Shown here piece after piece: positions 42,917 through 50,615 of a stretch of DNA of 50,615 bases. Made by a program: the position numbers and the translations under genes. The first letter of the stretch is position 1. Each line of letters starts with the position of its first letter. The stretch comes from a virus (lineage: Duplodnaviria; Heunggongvirae; Uroviricota; Caudoviricetes), in IMG/VR virus record IMGVR_UViG_2595698869_000001, positions 171,214 through 221,828 of that record; one strand, written 5' to 3'. The notes beneath the pieces are model-generated. The model made no database searches, was not told where the DNA came from, and was given only the letters and a program-made list of their open reading frames with translations.

Positions 42917-43720
42917 ATGCTCTACACCCCCGCCGCCCGCCGCCTTCGCGGCTATCGCGAAACCGCCGCGAAGAACGCCGAAATTCACGCCCGCCCGCAC
43001 ATGGCCGGCAACGTCGCCGGCTACAACGAGTCGGTGTGGCCGACGACGGCGCTAGGCGTCGCCGCCAAGGCCGGCGCCTTCAAGCGCCCCGAAACCGCCG
43101 GCAACTGGTCGGAGGATCGCAAAGCCTATTACGCCCCCGCGTGGCCGGCCGGCTGGCGCGTGCTGGGCACGGCCGAAGAGGTCTGCCGCAAGGAAGGCTC
43201 GCGCCGGGTGGAACATTCCGGATGGTACACGACGCCCGACGACTACAGCGCCACGCTTTCGGGCTATGTGCTGCAAATCCCCGCCCGCGACGGCCGCCCG
43301 CAATACGTCGCCGGGACCGCCCATAGTGAATGGGACGGGGTGACCCTCTACCCCGCCGACCGCTACGACAACCCGCTTGACGCGGCGAGCGCCGCCGACC
43401 GTCACGCCGAACGCGACGCCGAAGAGGAACGCGAATATCAAACCGCGTGGCAAGCGGGCCAGCGCTACGCCGAACTCGGCGCCGAAGCCAAGGAGGCCCG
43501 CAAGGAAGCGCTGGCGATCCTCGCCGAACGCCGCAAGGTCAAGGGGCTGGAAACCCCCGCCTTGTGCGGCGCGATCCGGGCGCAAGTCGCGGCCCTGCTA
43601 GGCCGGATCGAAGAGGCGCGCGCCTCGCGCGCCAAGCTCAAGGAAGGCGAGGACTCGCGCCTCATGTTCTACCCCTCCGCCGCCATGGTCGCGGCCTTCA
43701 ATGACGGCGCGGCGTCGTGA
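42917..43720 (+). CDS. hypothetical protein (267 aa)
   Basis: GGAG SD. Confidence 0.8.
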   Translation: MLYTPAARRLRGYRETAAKNAEIHARPHMAGNVAGYNESVWPTTALGVAAKAGAFKRPETAGNWSEDRKAYYAPAWPAGWRVLGTAEEVCRKEGSRRVEHSGWYTTPDDYSATLSGYVLQIPARDGRPQYVAGTAHSEWDGVTLYPADRYDNPLDAASAADRHAERDAEEEREYQTAWQAGQRYAELGAEAKEARKEALAILAERRKVKGLETPALCGAIRAQVAALLGRIEEARASRAKLKEGEDSRLMFYPSAAMVAAFNDGAAS

Positions 43721-43926
43721 AGGTCGCCCGCGATAGCTTCGCCGTGTTCTGGACCCTCCCGCAAGGCGGGGTCCAATTTCACGCCGACATAAAACGGGCG
43801 CTCTATCCGACCGCCCGCGACGCCGCCCGCGCTTTTAGCGCCATGTTCCCCCGTGACCGGGTCCGGAGCGTCCGCGACGCCTCCGGCCGCTTCCTGGCCT
43901 TCAAGGAGTCCGCCCCGTGCGCCTGA
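43717..43926 (+). CDS. hypothetical protein (69 aa)
   Basis: GTGA coupling. Confidence 0.65.
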   Translation: MKVARDSFAVFWTLPQGGVQFHADIKRALYPTARDAARAFSAMFPRDRVRSVRDASGRFLAFKESAPCA

Positions 43927-44198
43927 CAAGCTACAACGTCAACGGAACCGGCTTTAAGGGCGGCTCCGCCCCGCCCGTCCCCGCCCAAGGCCTGACCGGT
44001 CACGCCGACGGCTTGAACCTTTGGGTTCCCTCGCGCGAGCATATCGCCGCCATGCTCCCGCAACGCTGGCGCCACGCCTTCGCCCGCGCGTCGTTTTGGT
44101 ATGACGCGCACGACAATAAAAAGCCGTGTCGCGCCGACCTCTACGACTCGCGCGGCCGGTACCTGACTCAGGTCTGGGCGCACCCGGTTTTCAGCTAG
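43917..44198 (+). CDS. hypothetical protein (93 aa)
   Basis: AAGGAG SD. Confidence 0.7.
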   Translation: MRLTSYNVNGTGFKGGSAPPVPAQGLTGHADGLNLWVPSREHIAAMLPQRWRHAFARASFWYDAHDNKKPCRADLYDSRGRYLTQVWAHPVFS

Positions 44199-44204
44199 GC
44201 CAGG

Positions 44205-44233
44205 ACGCCCCGGAAAATCTTCCGGGGCGTTTA
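44205..44233 (+). terminator. intrinsic terminator overlapping CtrA box
   Basis: ACGCCCCGGAA / TTCCGGGGCGT 11-bp stem. Confidence 0.6.
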
Positions 44234-44261
44234 CCTTTTGTTAACCTCTGGCCTCTAGGGT
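44230..44261 (+). promoter_or_regulatory. CtrA-box promoter 3
   Basis: TTTA-N7-TTAA-N11-TAGGGT. Confidence 0.75.
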
Positions 44262-44319
44262 GACTTTCGCCGCCGGGCAATCCCGCCCGCCGGACCCTCT
44301 TTCAAGGATTGCTCCCGTC

Positions 44320-45369
44320 ATGACCTCTCATTCCATGGTCGCGCACCGTTGGGCGCAGGACGACGAGAACGGCCGCACCGCGCGCGGCTTCAACATGTAT
44401 TTCGAGCGCTACGGGCGCGGCGCCGACCGCGTCAACGTGATTTTTTCCTACGGGACTCACTTCCCGGCCGCCGCCTTCGTGACCGACGCGCACGGCCGCC
44501 GCGTGGTTCTGGTGACGACTCGCGGCTACAGCGTTTCGACCGCGAAACACCTTTCCCACATCCGCCGCGCCATCCCGTCCGGGACCCCCTGCTTTTCCGT
44601 GCCGCACGTGTCGCGGATGCACAAGCCGGGCGGGTCGGGCGACTTCCACGGGGACAACCTGCGCGCCTATGTCGAGAGCGCCGCCGGCCTCGCCGAAAAG
44701 GCCAAGCGCGCCCGCGTCAACGGCCCTTGGCTGCTTAGCCAAGCCCGCGAAACCCTCGCCGAAGCGCAACGCTACGCCGACGCCTTCAAGCTGAAAACCA
44801 AGGTTCCGGCCTTGGAAGACGTCGCCGGCCAATGGGCGAAGATGACGGCCGCCAAGGCGCGGGCCGAAGCCAAGGCCAAGCGTGACGCCGAAAAGGCCGC
44901 CAAGGCGCGCCGCGAAGCCGAACGGCTCGCCGACGCCGAAGCCTTCGCCGCTTGGATGCGCGGCGAGCGCCAGAGCGCCCCGTTTAGCTACCGGGTGCGC
45001 GATGACGGGACCGTCTATCTTCGCCGCTTCCGGGGCGTGGTCCGCGACCTGCGCAGCCAAGAGCGCGACGGCTCGCGCGTCGATGAACTGCAAACCTCGC
45101 AAGGCGCGGCCGTGCCGTGGGAACACGCGGTCAAGGCCTTCCGGTTCATCAAGCTTTGCCGCGAACGCGGCGAGAGCTTCCACCGCAACGGCCGGGTGAT
45201 TCGCGTCGGACACTTCCAAGTTGACGCGATCAGCCCGAACGGGGACATGACGGCCGGTTGTCACCGGTTCGCGTGGGATGAAATCGAACGCCTCGCCAGG
45301 GCCGAAGGGGTTTTCGACCTCCCCGCCGACGCTGGCGCCGTCGAAACCCGGCAAGCCGAACCGGCCTAA
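44320..45369 (+). CDS. hypothetical protein (349 aa)
   Basis: AAGGA SD favours ATG 44320; track start 44260 lies in the -10 box. Confidence 0.8.
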   Translation: MTSHSMVAHRWAQDDENGRTARGFNMYFERYGRGADRVNVIFSYGTHFPAAAFVTDAHGRRVVLVTTRGYSVSTAKHLSHIRRAIPSGTPCFSVPHVSRMHKPGGSGDFHGDNLRAYVESAAGLAEKAKRARVNGPWLLSQARETLAEAQRYADAFKLKTKVPALEDVAGQWAKMTAAKARAEAKAKRDAEKAAKARREAERLADAEAFAAWMRGERQSAPFSYRVRDDGTVYLRRFRGVVRDLRSQERDGSRVDELQTSQGAAVPWEHAVKAFRFIKLCRERGESFHRNGRVIRVGHFQVDAISPNGDMTAGCHRFAWDEIERLARAEGVFDLPADAGAVETRQAEPA

Positions 45370-45387
45370 GCCTCCCCGCCCCTCTCG

Positions 45388-45414
45388 CGCCCCGGCTCCC
45401 CGCCGGGGCGTTTT
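45388..45414 (+). terminator. intrinsic terminator
   Basis: CGCCCCGGC / GCCGGGGCG stem plus TTTT. Confidence 0.75.
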
Positions 45415-45424
45415 CGTGTACGCG

Positions 45425-45456
45425 GTAACCTTTTGTTAACTTCTGGCCTCTAGGGT
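45425..45456 (+). promoter_or_regulatory. CtrA-box promoter 4
   Basis: GTAA-N7-TTAA-N11-TAGGGT; 60 of 61 nt identical to promoter 3 plus leader. Confidence 0.75.
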
Positions 45457-45504
45457 GACTTTCGCCGCCGGGCAATCCCGCCCGCCGGCCAAGGATCGCA
45501 GACT

Positions 45505-45804
45505 ATGAATCTTTTCGTTGTCGCCATTGACCCCGCCCTCATCCCTTCGGCCGCCGGCTTCGTGGTCGCCTCCCCCTACGGGTGCGGCAAGTGGCGCGCG
45601 TGCGTCGGGAGCGAGGCGGACATGATCGCGCTTCGCGACAAGATGCGCCGCGCGCACCCGGCCCCGGAAGGCTACAGCGTCCAGCCCCTGGCGTCGTTCC
45701 TGGCCTATCTGGAGACGGTCGGGGATAGCCCTTATGACCGGTTCCGCGCCCATGACGCCGCCGCCCGCATCCTTGACACCCTGACGACGCATCTCGCCGC
45801 CTAG
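45505..45804 (+). CDS. hypothetical protein (99 aa)
   Basis: AAGGA SD. Confidence 0.75.
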   Translation: MNLFVVAIDPALIPSAAGFVVASPYGCGKWRACVGSEADMIALRDKMRRAHPAPEGYSVQPLASFLAYLETVGDSPYDRFRAHDAAARILDTLTTHLAA

Positions 45805-45862
45805 CCCCGCCAAGCCCCCGGCCGCGCGCCGGGGGCGCTTTCCCTCGAAAGGATCGCCGACC

Positions 45863-46174
45863 ATGACAACCCGTCTTATCGCCGTTCGCGGCCCGACCGC
45901 CGCCGAACTCGCCGACCCGTCCAGCCGCGCGGGCGGCGCCGAAGTCGTTTTCGAGCGCCGCGACCGCGAAGGCCGCACGCGCCTTGTGTTCGCCTCGACC
46001 TGCTACGGCTCATATCAGCAATGGGGCGAAACCCGCGACGTGCTCGCCGACAACGTCGAGGCGGTCACGCTCTGGGCCGAAGGCATGGCGGCCGTTGCCG
46101 CCCTCATCGACGAGAGCGACGACGACGACGAGAGCGACGACGCCCCGGCCGAAGATGACGACGGGGAGGCGTGA
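45863..46174 (+). CDS. hypothetical protein with acidic tail (103 aa)
   Basis: AAGGA SD; ends DESDDDDESDD... Confidence 0.75.
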   Translation: MTTRLIAVRGPTAAELADPSSRAGGAEVVFERRDREGRTRLVFASTCYGSYQQWGETRDVLADNVEAVTLWAEGMAAVAALIDESDDDDESDDAPAEDDDGEA

Positions 46175-46177
46175 GCC

Positions 46178-46597
46178 ATGCGCACAACCAAGGCTCAACG
46201 CTTCGCCGCCATCGCCTTTGACGCCCTGGCCAAGGCCCTAAGCGAGCCGCGCCAAGCCGTCGCCCGCGTGACCAAATGGGAGGGCGCGGGCCATAGCTTC
46301 GCCAACCTGCAACGCGATTATGAGCGGTACGGCCCCGGCGCCCGCTCATGGTTCGGCCGGGCTGAAATGCGCTTCTTTGGGACGCGCCTAGAGGCCGCGC
46401 CGCTGGATTTCCCGGCGCTGGGCTGCACCCTCTTTCTGACCTCCGAAACCCCGCCCGGCGCCGGCCGGGTCTGGACCCTTCGCGCCTATGTCTGGGCTTC
46501 GGCCGATATCACCACGCTAACCCATGGCGACGAAACCGACGCGGCGACCGCGCAAGCGGCCTTTGACCTGCTTTGGCGGGTCCTTTCCGGACAGTAA
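46178..46597 (+). CDS. conserved phage hypothetical protein (139 aa)
   Basis: GGAGG SD; WF...MRFFGTR...FLTSE. Confidence 0.75.
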   Translation: MRTTKAQRFAAIAFDALAKALSEPRQAVARVTKWEGAGHSFANLQRDYERYGPGARSWFGRAEMRFFGTRLEAAPLDFPALGCTLFLTSETPPGAGRVWTLRAYVWASADITTLTHGDETDAATAQAAFDLLWRVLSGQ

Positions 46598-46625
46598 CCT
46601 TTTGTTAACTTCTGCCCGCTAGGGT
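46594..46625 (+). promoter_or_regulatory. CtrA-box promoter 5
   Basis: GTAA-N7-TTAA-N11-TAGGGT. Confidence 0.75.
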
Positions 46626-46675
46626 CTTCTTGCGGCCGGGCAATCCCGCCCGGCCGCATCTTGGAGACAGCGCCC

Positions 46676-46948
46676 ATGACCCGCGCTCAAGCCCTCGCCG
46701 ACATGAACGCCCTTCCCGGTATCATCGCCTCCTTTGAGCGCGAGACGGGCGAATATCGCGTGACCCTGCGCTTTGGCCCGCTCCCCATGGGGCGCGGCGC
46801 CCAAGAGTGGATGCGCGCGCGCCGCGAAGCCGTCGCCAGCTACAGCGACGACAAGGCCGACGCCCTGGCCACCGCCCGCGACATGTCCGCCCGCTGGGAG
46901 GCGATGAGCGCCGAAGAGCGTTCGCGCCTCTATCACAACCCCGCCTAA
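46676..46948 (+). CDS. hypothetical protein (90 aa)
   Basis: GGAGA SD. Confidence 0.7.
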   Translation: MTRAQALADMNALPGIIASFERETGEYRVTLRFGPLPMGRGAQEWMRARREAVASYSDDKADALATARDMSARWEAMSAEERSRLYHNPA

Positions 46949-47014
46949 GACCCCGCGCGCCGCCCTGGCCTTCGCCGGGGCGGCTCCCTCAACCCCTCGC
47001 AAGGATCGCACCCC

Positions 47015-47299
47015 ATGACCGCCCGTAAGCCCCTGACCAAGGAACAAAAGGCCCGCCGCCGCGCGACCCGCCGCGCCGCCCGCCTCAACTGGTCGGATGA
47101 GCGCCGCGCTCGCGAATTCGAGCGTCAAGCCCGCTTCTTCCTGATGATCGCCACCCGCGCCCAAGGCGCCGGCCAAGGCCAGGAAGCCGCCCGCCTCGCC
47201 ACGGTCGCACAACGCAAGGTGACTAACTGGCGCATGGCGCAGGCCTGCGCCCGGATTAACGCCCTGGCCGCGCATCCGTTCGCGGCCGTGGTCGCCTAA
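47015..47299 (+). CDS. hypothetical basic protein (94 aa)
   Basis: AAGGA SD. Confidence 0.75.
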   Translation: MTARKPLTKEQKARRRATRRAARLNWSDERRAREFERQARFFLMIATRAQGAGQGQEAARLATVAQRKVTNWRMAQACARINALAAHPFAAVVA

Positions 47300-47312
47300 G
47301 GAGGCCCGCCCG

Positions 47313-47495
47313 ATGACGCACCCTCACGCCCTGGCGCTGATCGCCCTCGCCGAAAAGGTGTTACCGCTTACCCGGCTGCACCCGCTCGACCAACGCGCCG
47401 CCGCCGTCGATCTAATCGGCGACCTCTACCGCCTCGCCGACGATATCGACGCGACCCCGCAAGCCCCCGCCCTGACGCAACCGAAGGCCGCCTAA
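47313..47495 (+). CDS. hypothetical protein (60 aa)
   Basis: AAGGAGG SD. Confidence 0.7.
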   Translation: MTHPHALALIALAEKVLPLTRLHPLDQRAAAVDLIGDLYRLADDIDATPQAPALTQPKAA

Positions 47496-47498
47496 GCC

Positions 47499-48089
47499 AT
47501 GAACCCGAACCGCTACCGCCTCGCGCCCCGCGACCGCTTCAGCCGTGAGCTTGCCGAAACGCTCTATCAGGCGGCCGAAGCCGTCGCCCGCGTGATTCCG
47601 CTCATGCCGGAGTCCGCCCCCGATGAGCGCCGCGCGCTGGGCAAGGTCCGCGCCGACCTTCTAACCCATAGCGCCGGCGCCCTTGTTCCCAAGCCGCCGG
47701 CCGCCGTGCTCGAAACCCTCGTTTGGGTTGTCGAGATGGCGCAAGATCGCGCGACTAACGCCGATTTCAACACCGCCCAAGAAGGACTCGACGAGCACGA
47801 GTCCCTAGCCTTTGTCGCCGACTGGCTGGAAGCCGAAGGCCAGGACGTGACGCCGATTCGCAACGCGCAACCGTCCGCCGACGCCCTGGCCGAACTCGCC
47901 GCCCGCCGCGACGCCGAACAAGCGGCGCTAGACGCCTTGGAGGCCGAAGCCCTGGCCGAAGCGCCGGGCGACGTGATCACCGACGCCTTGCGCCCCTATC
48001 TGGGCGCCGCCCTGGCCGAAAACCACGCCGACGACGTGCTAGACGCCCTCACGCGCGCCGGCTTCCAAATCACCCGCAAGGAGGCCTAA
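47499..48089 (+). CDS. hypothetical protein (196 aa)
   Basis: ORF in an unbroken + strand run. Confidence 0.75.
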   Translation: MNPNRYRLAPRDRFSRELAETLYQAAEAVARVIPLMPESAPDERRALGKVRADLLTHSAGALVPKPPAAVLETLVWVVEMAQDRATNADFNTAQEGLDEHESLAFVADWLEAEGQDVTPIRNAQPSADALAELAARRDAEQAALDALEAEALAEAPGDVITDALRPYLGAALAENHADDVLDALTRAGFQITRKEA

Positions 48090-48094
48090 AGCCC

Positions 48095-48673
48095 ATGACC
48101 GACTCCGCCAAGATCACCGGCGCGCTCGCGCTACTCGCCATCGCGGCCGATAATCTCCGCCAAGGCCCGGCCATGTCCAAGGCCGCCGACAACGTCACCA
48201 ACGTCTGTAACTACGCCCTGACGCGCGCGACCATGCTCAAGGCCGCCGACCAAATCGGCGAGGCGCTGGAGGCGCTGGGCGCCCTGCAAGCGGGCGGCTA
48301 TGTGATCGCCCGCCGCCGCGACGTTTTCACCGATGCGGGCGAGAAGCTGGGCGACCTGTTGGCGGCGCTTTATGACGCCGTCCCGAACTACGCCGTAAGA
48401 TCGCAGCGCCTCGCCGACGCCCTGAGTCCCGCGCGAAATTACGTCTATCAGCCCCGGTTCCGGGTCAAGCTGGACGCCGCGCCCGGCGCGCTTTTGACCG
48501 ACTGCGACACGGGCGCAACGGTCTATTTCCAGCCGGGCGACGACGCCGACGCCTTCCGGGCCGAATTCGCCCCGTGGGTTCACGCCGCCAACGTGACGGC
48601 CGAAGGCGCGGCCCTGGCCTCGATGATGAACCCGACCGCCGAAGAGTATTTCAGCCCCGCCACGGGGGTCTAA
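48095..48673 (+). CDS. hypothetical protein (192 aa)
   Basis: AAGGAGG SD. Confidence 0.75.
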   Translation: MTDSAKITGALALLAIAADNLRQGPAMSKAADNVTNVCNYALTRATMLKAADQIGEALEALGALQAGGYVIARRRDVFTDAGEKLGDLLAALYDAVPNYAVRSQRLADALSPARNYVYQPRFRVKLDAAPGALLTDCDTGATVYFQPGDDADAFRAEFAPWVHAANVTAEGAALASMMNPTAEEYFSPATGV

Positions 48674-48678
48674 CGCCC

Positions 48679-48981
48679 GTGGCCCTGACCTTCGCCCCGC
48701 AATCGACGCGCTACGCCGTGGAAGTCCCCGAACGCGACTTTCTGGCCCTGACCCGCGCCGAGGAAATTCTAGCCCCTGGCCCCTATCTGGAGCCGTCGCT
48801 TAGCGAGCGTTTGGAGGCGCAAGCCGGCGTTTGGGATGTCGAGTATAACGGCCATTTCGGCGCGGCCGTTTACTTGACGCTCGACGTTGACGCCGACTCC
48901 CCGGCCGCCCGCGACGCCCTGGCCTCGATCATCGCCGACCAACTGGCCAAGGCCAAGGCGTGGAAGCGCCAGCCCGCCTAA
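48679..48981 (+). CDS. hypothetical protein (100 aa)
   Basis: GTG 5 nt after upstream stop. Confidence 0.65.
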   Translation: MALTFAPQSTRYAVEVPERDFLALTRAEEILAPGPYLEPSLSERLEAQAGVWDVEYNGHFGAAVYLTLDVDADSPAARDALASIIADQLAKAKAWKRQPA

Positions 48982-49162
48982 GTCATCATTCCTATCGTCT
49001 ATGACTTGTCACCGGCCGAACTCTTGCCCGGTGACAGTCTGGGCAAGTAAAGCTCACTCTGGATTTTATGACTTAGCGCAAAGGATTGAAATTGCTCGAA
49101 AAATTCCTCGAAGCTCACAAAGTTGTTTTCTGGCTGCTTTTGCTGGCCTGTTTGTGGCGCTT

Positions 49163-49195
49163 TTAACGGTTTGTTAACCCCTGGCCCTCTAGGGT
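49163..49195 (+). promoter_or_regulatory. CtrA-box promoter 6
   Basis: Perfect TTAA-N7-TTAA-N12-TAGGGT. Confidence 0.75.
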
Positions 49196-49249
49196 CGAAT
49201 TCCCGGCGCGGCAATCCCGCCGCCCGGCCTTCCTTCGGAGCTTCTGATC

Positions 49250-49696
49250 ATGTTCGCTTCCGTGACCCTTCCCGCCCATGACGCCCAAGGCCTGAGCCTC
49301 GAAACCGTCCACATGGTTTTCGCCCGCGAACTGGCGCAACATTTCGACCACGTGATTTCCGCCCCCGTGGTCGAAAGCTGGCGCGACGAGGACACCGGCG
49401 CCGACCACGCGCAAGCCGCCGTTTGCTTCACCGTCTCGGCGACCCCCGCCGCGTGGGAAGCCAAGGGCGGGCGCCTCGCGCGCCGGCTGGAAAACCTCGC
49501 CGCGCGCTATGCCGCCGACTGCGACGCCCCGGCCCTGACTGTCACCCACTGCGACGGCCAAACGGTCTATGTCGGCGCTCTGGAAGCCCTGGCGCGCCCC
49601 GCCCCGGTGCAAGGCCCGACCCGTGAGGCGGACCCGGCTTTCCTCCCCCGCCAGCGTGAGGACAAGGCCGCCCGCTTCGATCGCCTGACCGCCTAG
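49250..49696 (+). CDS. hypothetical protein (148 aa)
   Basis: GGAG SD. Confidence 0.75.
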   Translation: MFASVTLPAHDAQGLSLETVHMVFARELAQHFDHVISAPVVESWRDEDTGADHAQAAVCFTVSATPAAWEAKGGRLARRLENLAARYAADCDAPALTVTHCDGQTVYVGALEALARPAPVQGPTREADPAFLPRQREDKAARFDRLTA

Positions 49697-49712
49697 CCCC
49701 TGGCCTCCCCCT

Positions 49713-49745
49713 AGCGCACCGCCCCTAGAAAGGCGGTGCGCTTTT
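49713..49745 (+). terminator. intrinsic terminator
   Basis: AGCGCACCGCC / GGCGGTGCGCT stem plus T-run. Confidence 0.75.
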
Positions 49746-49754
49746 CTGTGTCTG

Positions 49755-49787
49755 TTTACTTGTTGTTAAGGAATAGCCTGCTAGTGT
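49755..49787 (+). promoter_or_regulatory. CtrA-box promoter 7
   Basis: TTTA-N7-TTAA-N12-TAGTGT. Confidence 0.65.
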
Positions 49788-49838
49788 CCCCTTGTTGGCG
49801 GACGCATCCCGCGCCCGCCCCTTTCTGGATCGCTCCCC

Positions 49839-50231
49839 ATGGCTCGCCCCTCTGACCTGCTCAACGTCAACGCCGCCCGCGTCCTGGCTTGCCTTGAGCC
49901 TATCGCCGCCGCCGCTAAGACCGCCCCGGCCGCCGACCGCGCCGCCCTTTCCTACCTGCTCGACGCTGGCGAGTATGTCGCCGCGTGGCGCCGCAACCTC
50001 ACGGAAACCGACCGCCGCAAGGCCTATGGCGCGGCCTGCGCCGCCGAAGCCCTGGCGCTCGCTAACGCCTATCAGCCCGCCACCCTGCAAGGCGGCGCCG
50101 TCCGCCGCGCTCTGGGCGCCTATGCCGCCGCCCTAAAGGTCCTGCTAGACGGGGAGCCGGTCAAGGCGGTGCGCGCCGCCGAAGGCGCGGCGCTTTCGGT
50201 CCGCGCTCGCTACGCCAACACCCGCCTTTAA
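49839..50231 (+). CDS. hypothetical Ala-rich protein (130 aa)
   Basis: Follows promoter 7; its stop TAA lies in the next CtrA box. Confidence 0.7.
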   Translation: MARPSDLLNVNAARVLACLEPIAAAAKTAPAADRAALSYLLDAGEYVAAWRRNLTETDRRKAYGAACAAEALALANAYQPATLQGGAVRRALGAYAAALKVLLDGEPVKAVRAAEGAALSVRARYANTRL

Positions 50232-50259
50232 CCTCTTGTTAACACCTCCCGGCTATGGT
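50228..50259 (+). promoter_or_regulatory. CtrA-box promoter 8
   Basis: Perfect TTAA-N7-TTAA-N11-TATGGT. Confidence 0.7.
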
Positions 50260-50285
50260 CGGGAGGTCGCAAGGAGACACCCGAC

Positions 50286-50480
50286 ATGACCCGCCCCGGC
50301 CCCGCCTCGCTCCTGACCCCGCAAGCCCGCTTCTCGTCGCCGCGCGTCCTGATCCTTCCGGGCGCGGCTCCCATGCCGATTCGCCAGCCGCGCGGCCTTT
50401 GCGCCGTCGAGTGCGTCGCCCTTGGCGTGACGCTGGGCGCGGCGCTCTACCTCGCCGCCCGCGTGTTCGGTCTGGTCTGA
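50286..50480 (+). CDS. small protein with C-terminal TM (64 aa)
   Basis: AAGGAG SD; hydrophobic C-terminus. Confidence 0.65.
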   Translation: MTRPGPASLLTPQARFSSPRVLILPGAAPMPIRQPRGLCAVECVALGVTLGAALYLAARVFGLV

Positions 50481-50513
50481 CCAGACCCCCGCCCCGCCCC
50501 CGGTCGGACCGGT

Positions 50514-50544
50514 CGGGGGTGTGTCCCATAATGACACACCCCCG
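50514..50544. repeat. perfect 12-bp inverted repeat near window end
   Basis: CGGGGGTGTGTC-CCATAAT-GACACACCCCCG. Confidence 0.85.
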
Positions 50545-50615
50545 CCACCTAGTATCTTTTTTGATTCGGAGGGACCCAAAGGCCCCCTACGTTAACCATT
50601 TTTGGCGGCGCCCCC

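Larger units (their letters stand above)
41141..50615. other. putative terminal-repeat / first-injected (pre-early) region
   Basis: Follows terL; distinct promoter class and codon usage; repeat-rich boundaries. A second copy cannot be seen in this window. Confidence 0.5.

Noticed and set aside
42632-50615. Restriction or methylation site avoidance (GANTC, GATC) in the putative first-injected region
   Set aside because: Both sites are readily found there (e.g. GACTC at 42641, GAATC at 42719), so no depletion is evident by eye.
1-50615. tRNA, tmRNA or rRNA genes
   Set aside because: No cloverleaf with a T-loop GTTCGA and acceptor stem was seen in any intergenic gap. tRNAscan-SE or ARAGORN would be decisive.

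Overview
This is a 50.6 kb segment of a high-GC, alphaproteobacterial jumbo siphophage. Gene content, promoter grammar and CtrA boxes point to a phiCbK-like Caulobacter phage, but that assignment is an inference and no database search was run. Essentially all real genes are on the + strand and most are translationally coupled. Bases 1-33.1 kb hold about 75 small accessory genes arranged in modules behind sigma70-type promoters. They include a PEP-utiliser His-domain protein, a metallophosphoesterase, an HNH nuclease, a family of about 8 divergent winged-helix-like paralogs, and a small-protein plus membrane-protein cassette. Bases 33.2-35.1 kb hold a tandem winged-helix gene followed by a ~30% GC island, a candidate origin. 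Bases 35.1-41.1 kb are a packaging operon: RuvC-like resolvase, terS, and terL interrupted by an unusual Pro1/Cys-F4 intein. Bases 41.1-50.6 kb look like a terminal-repeat or first-injected region, with several repeat arrays and about 17 small genes behind eight CtrA-box promoters, six of which carry a covarying A(A/C)UCCC-loop leader hairpin. No tRNA, rRNA or CRISPR array was seen. All coordinates and motif counts were read by hand.
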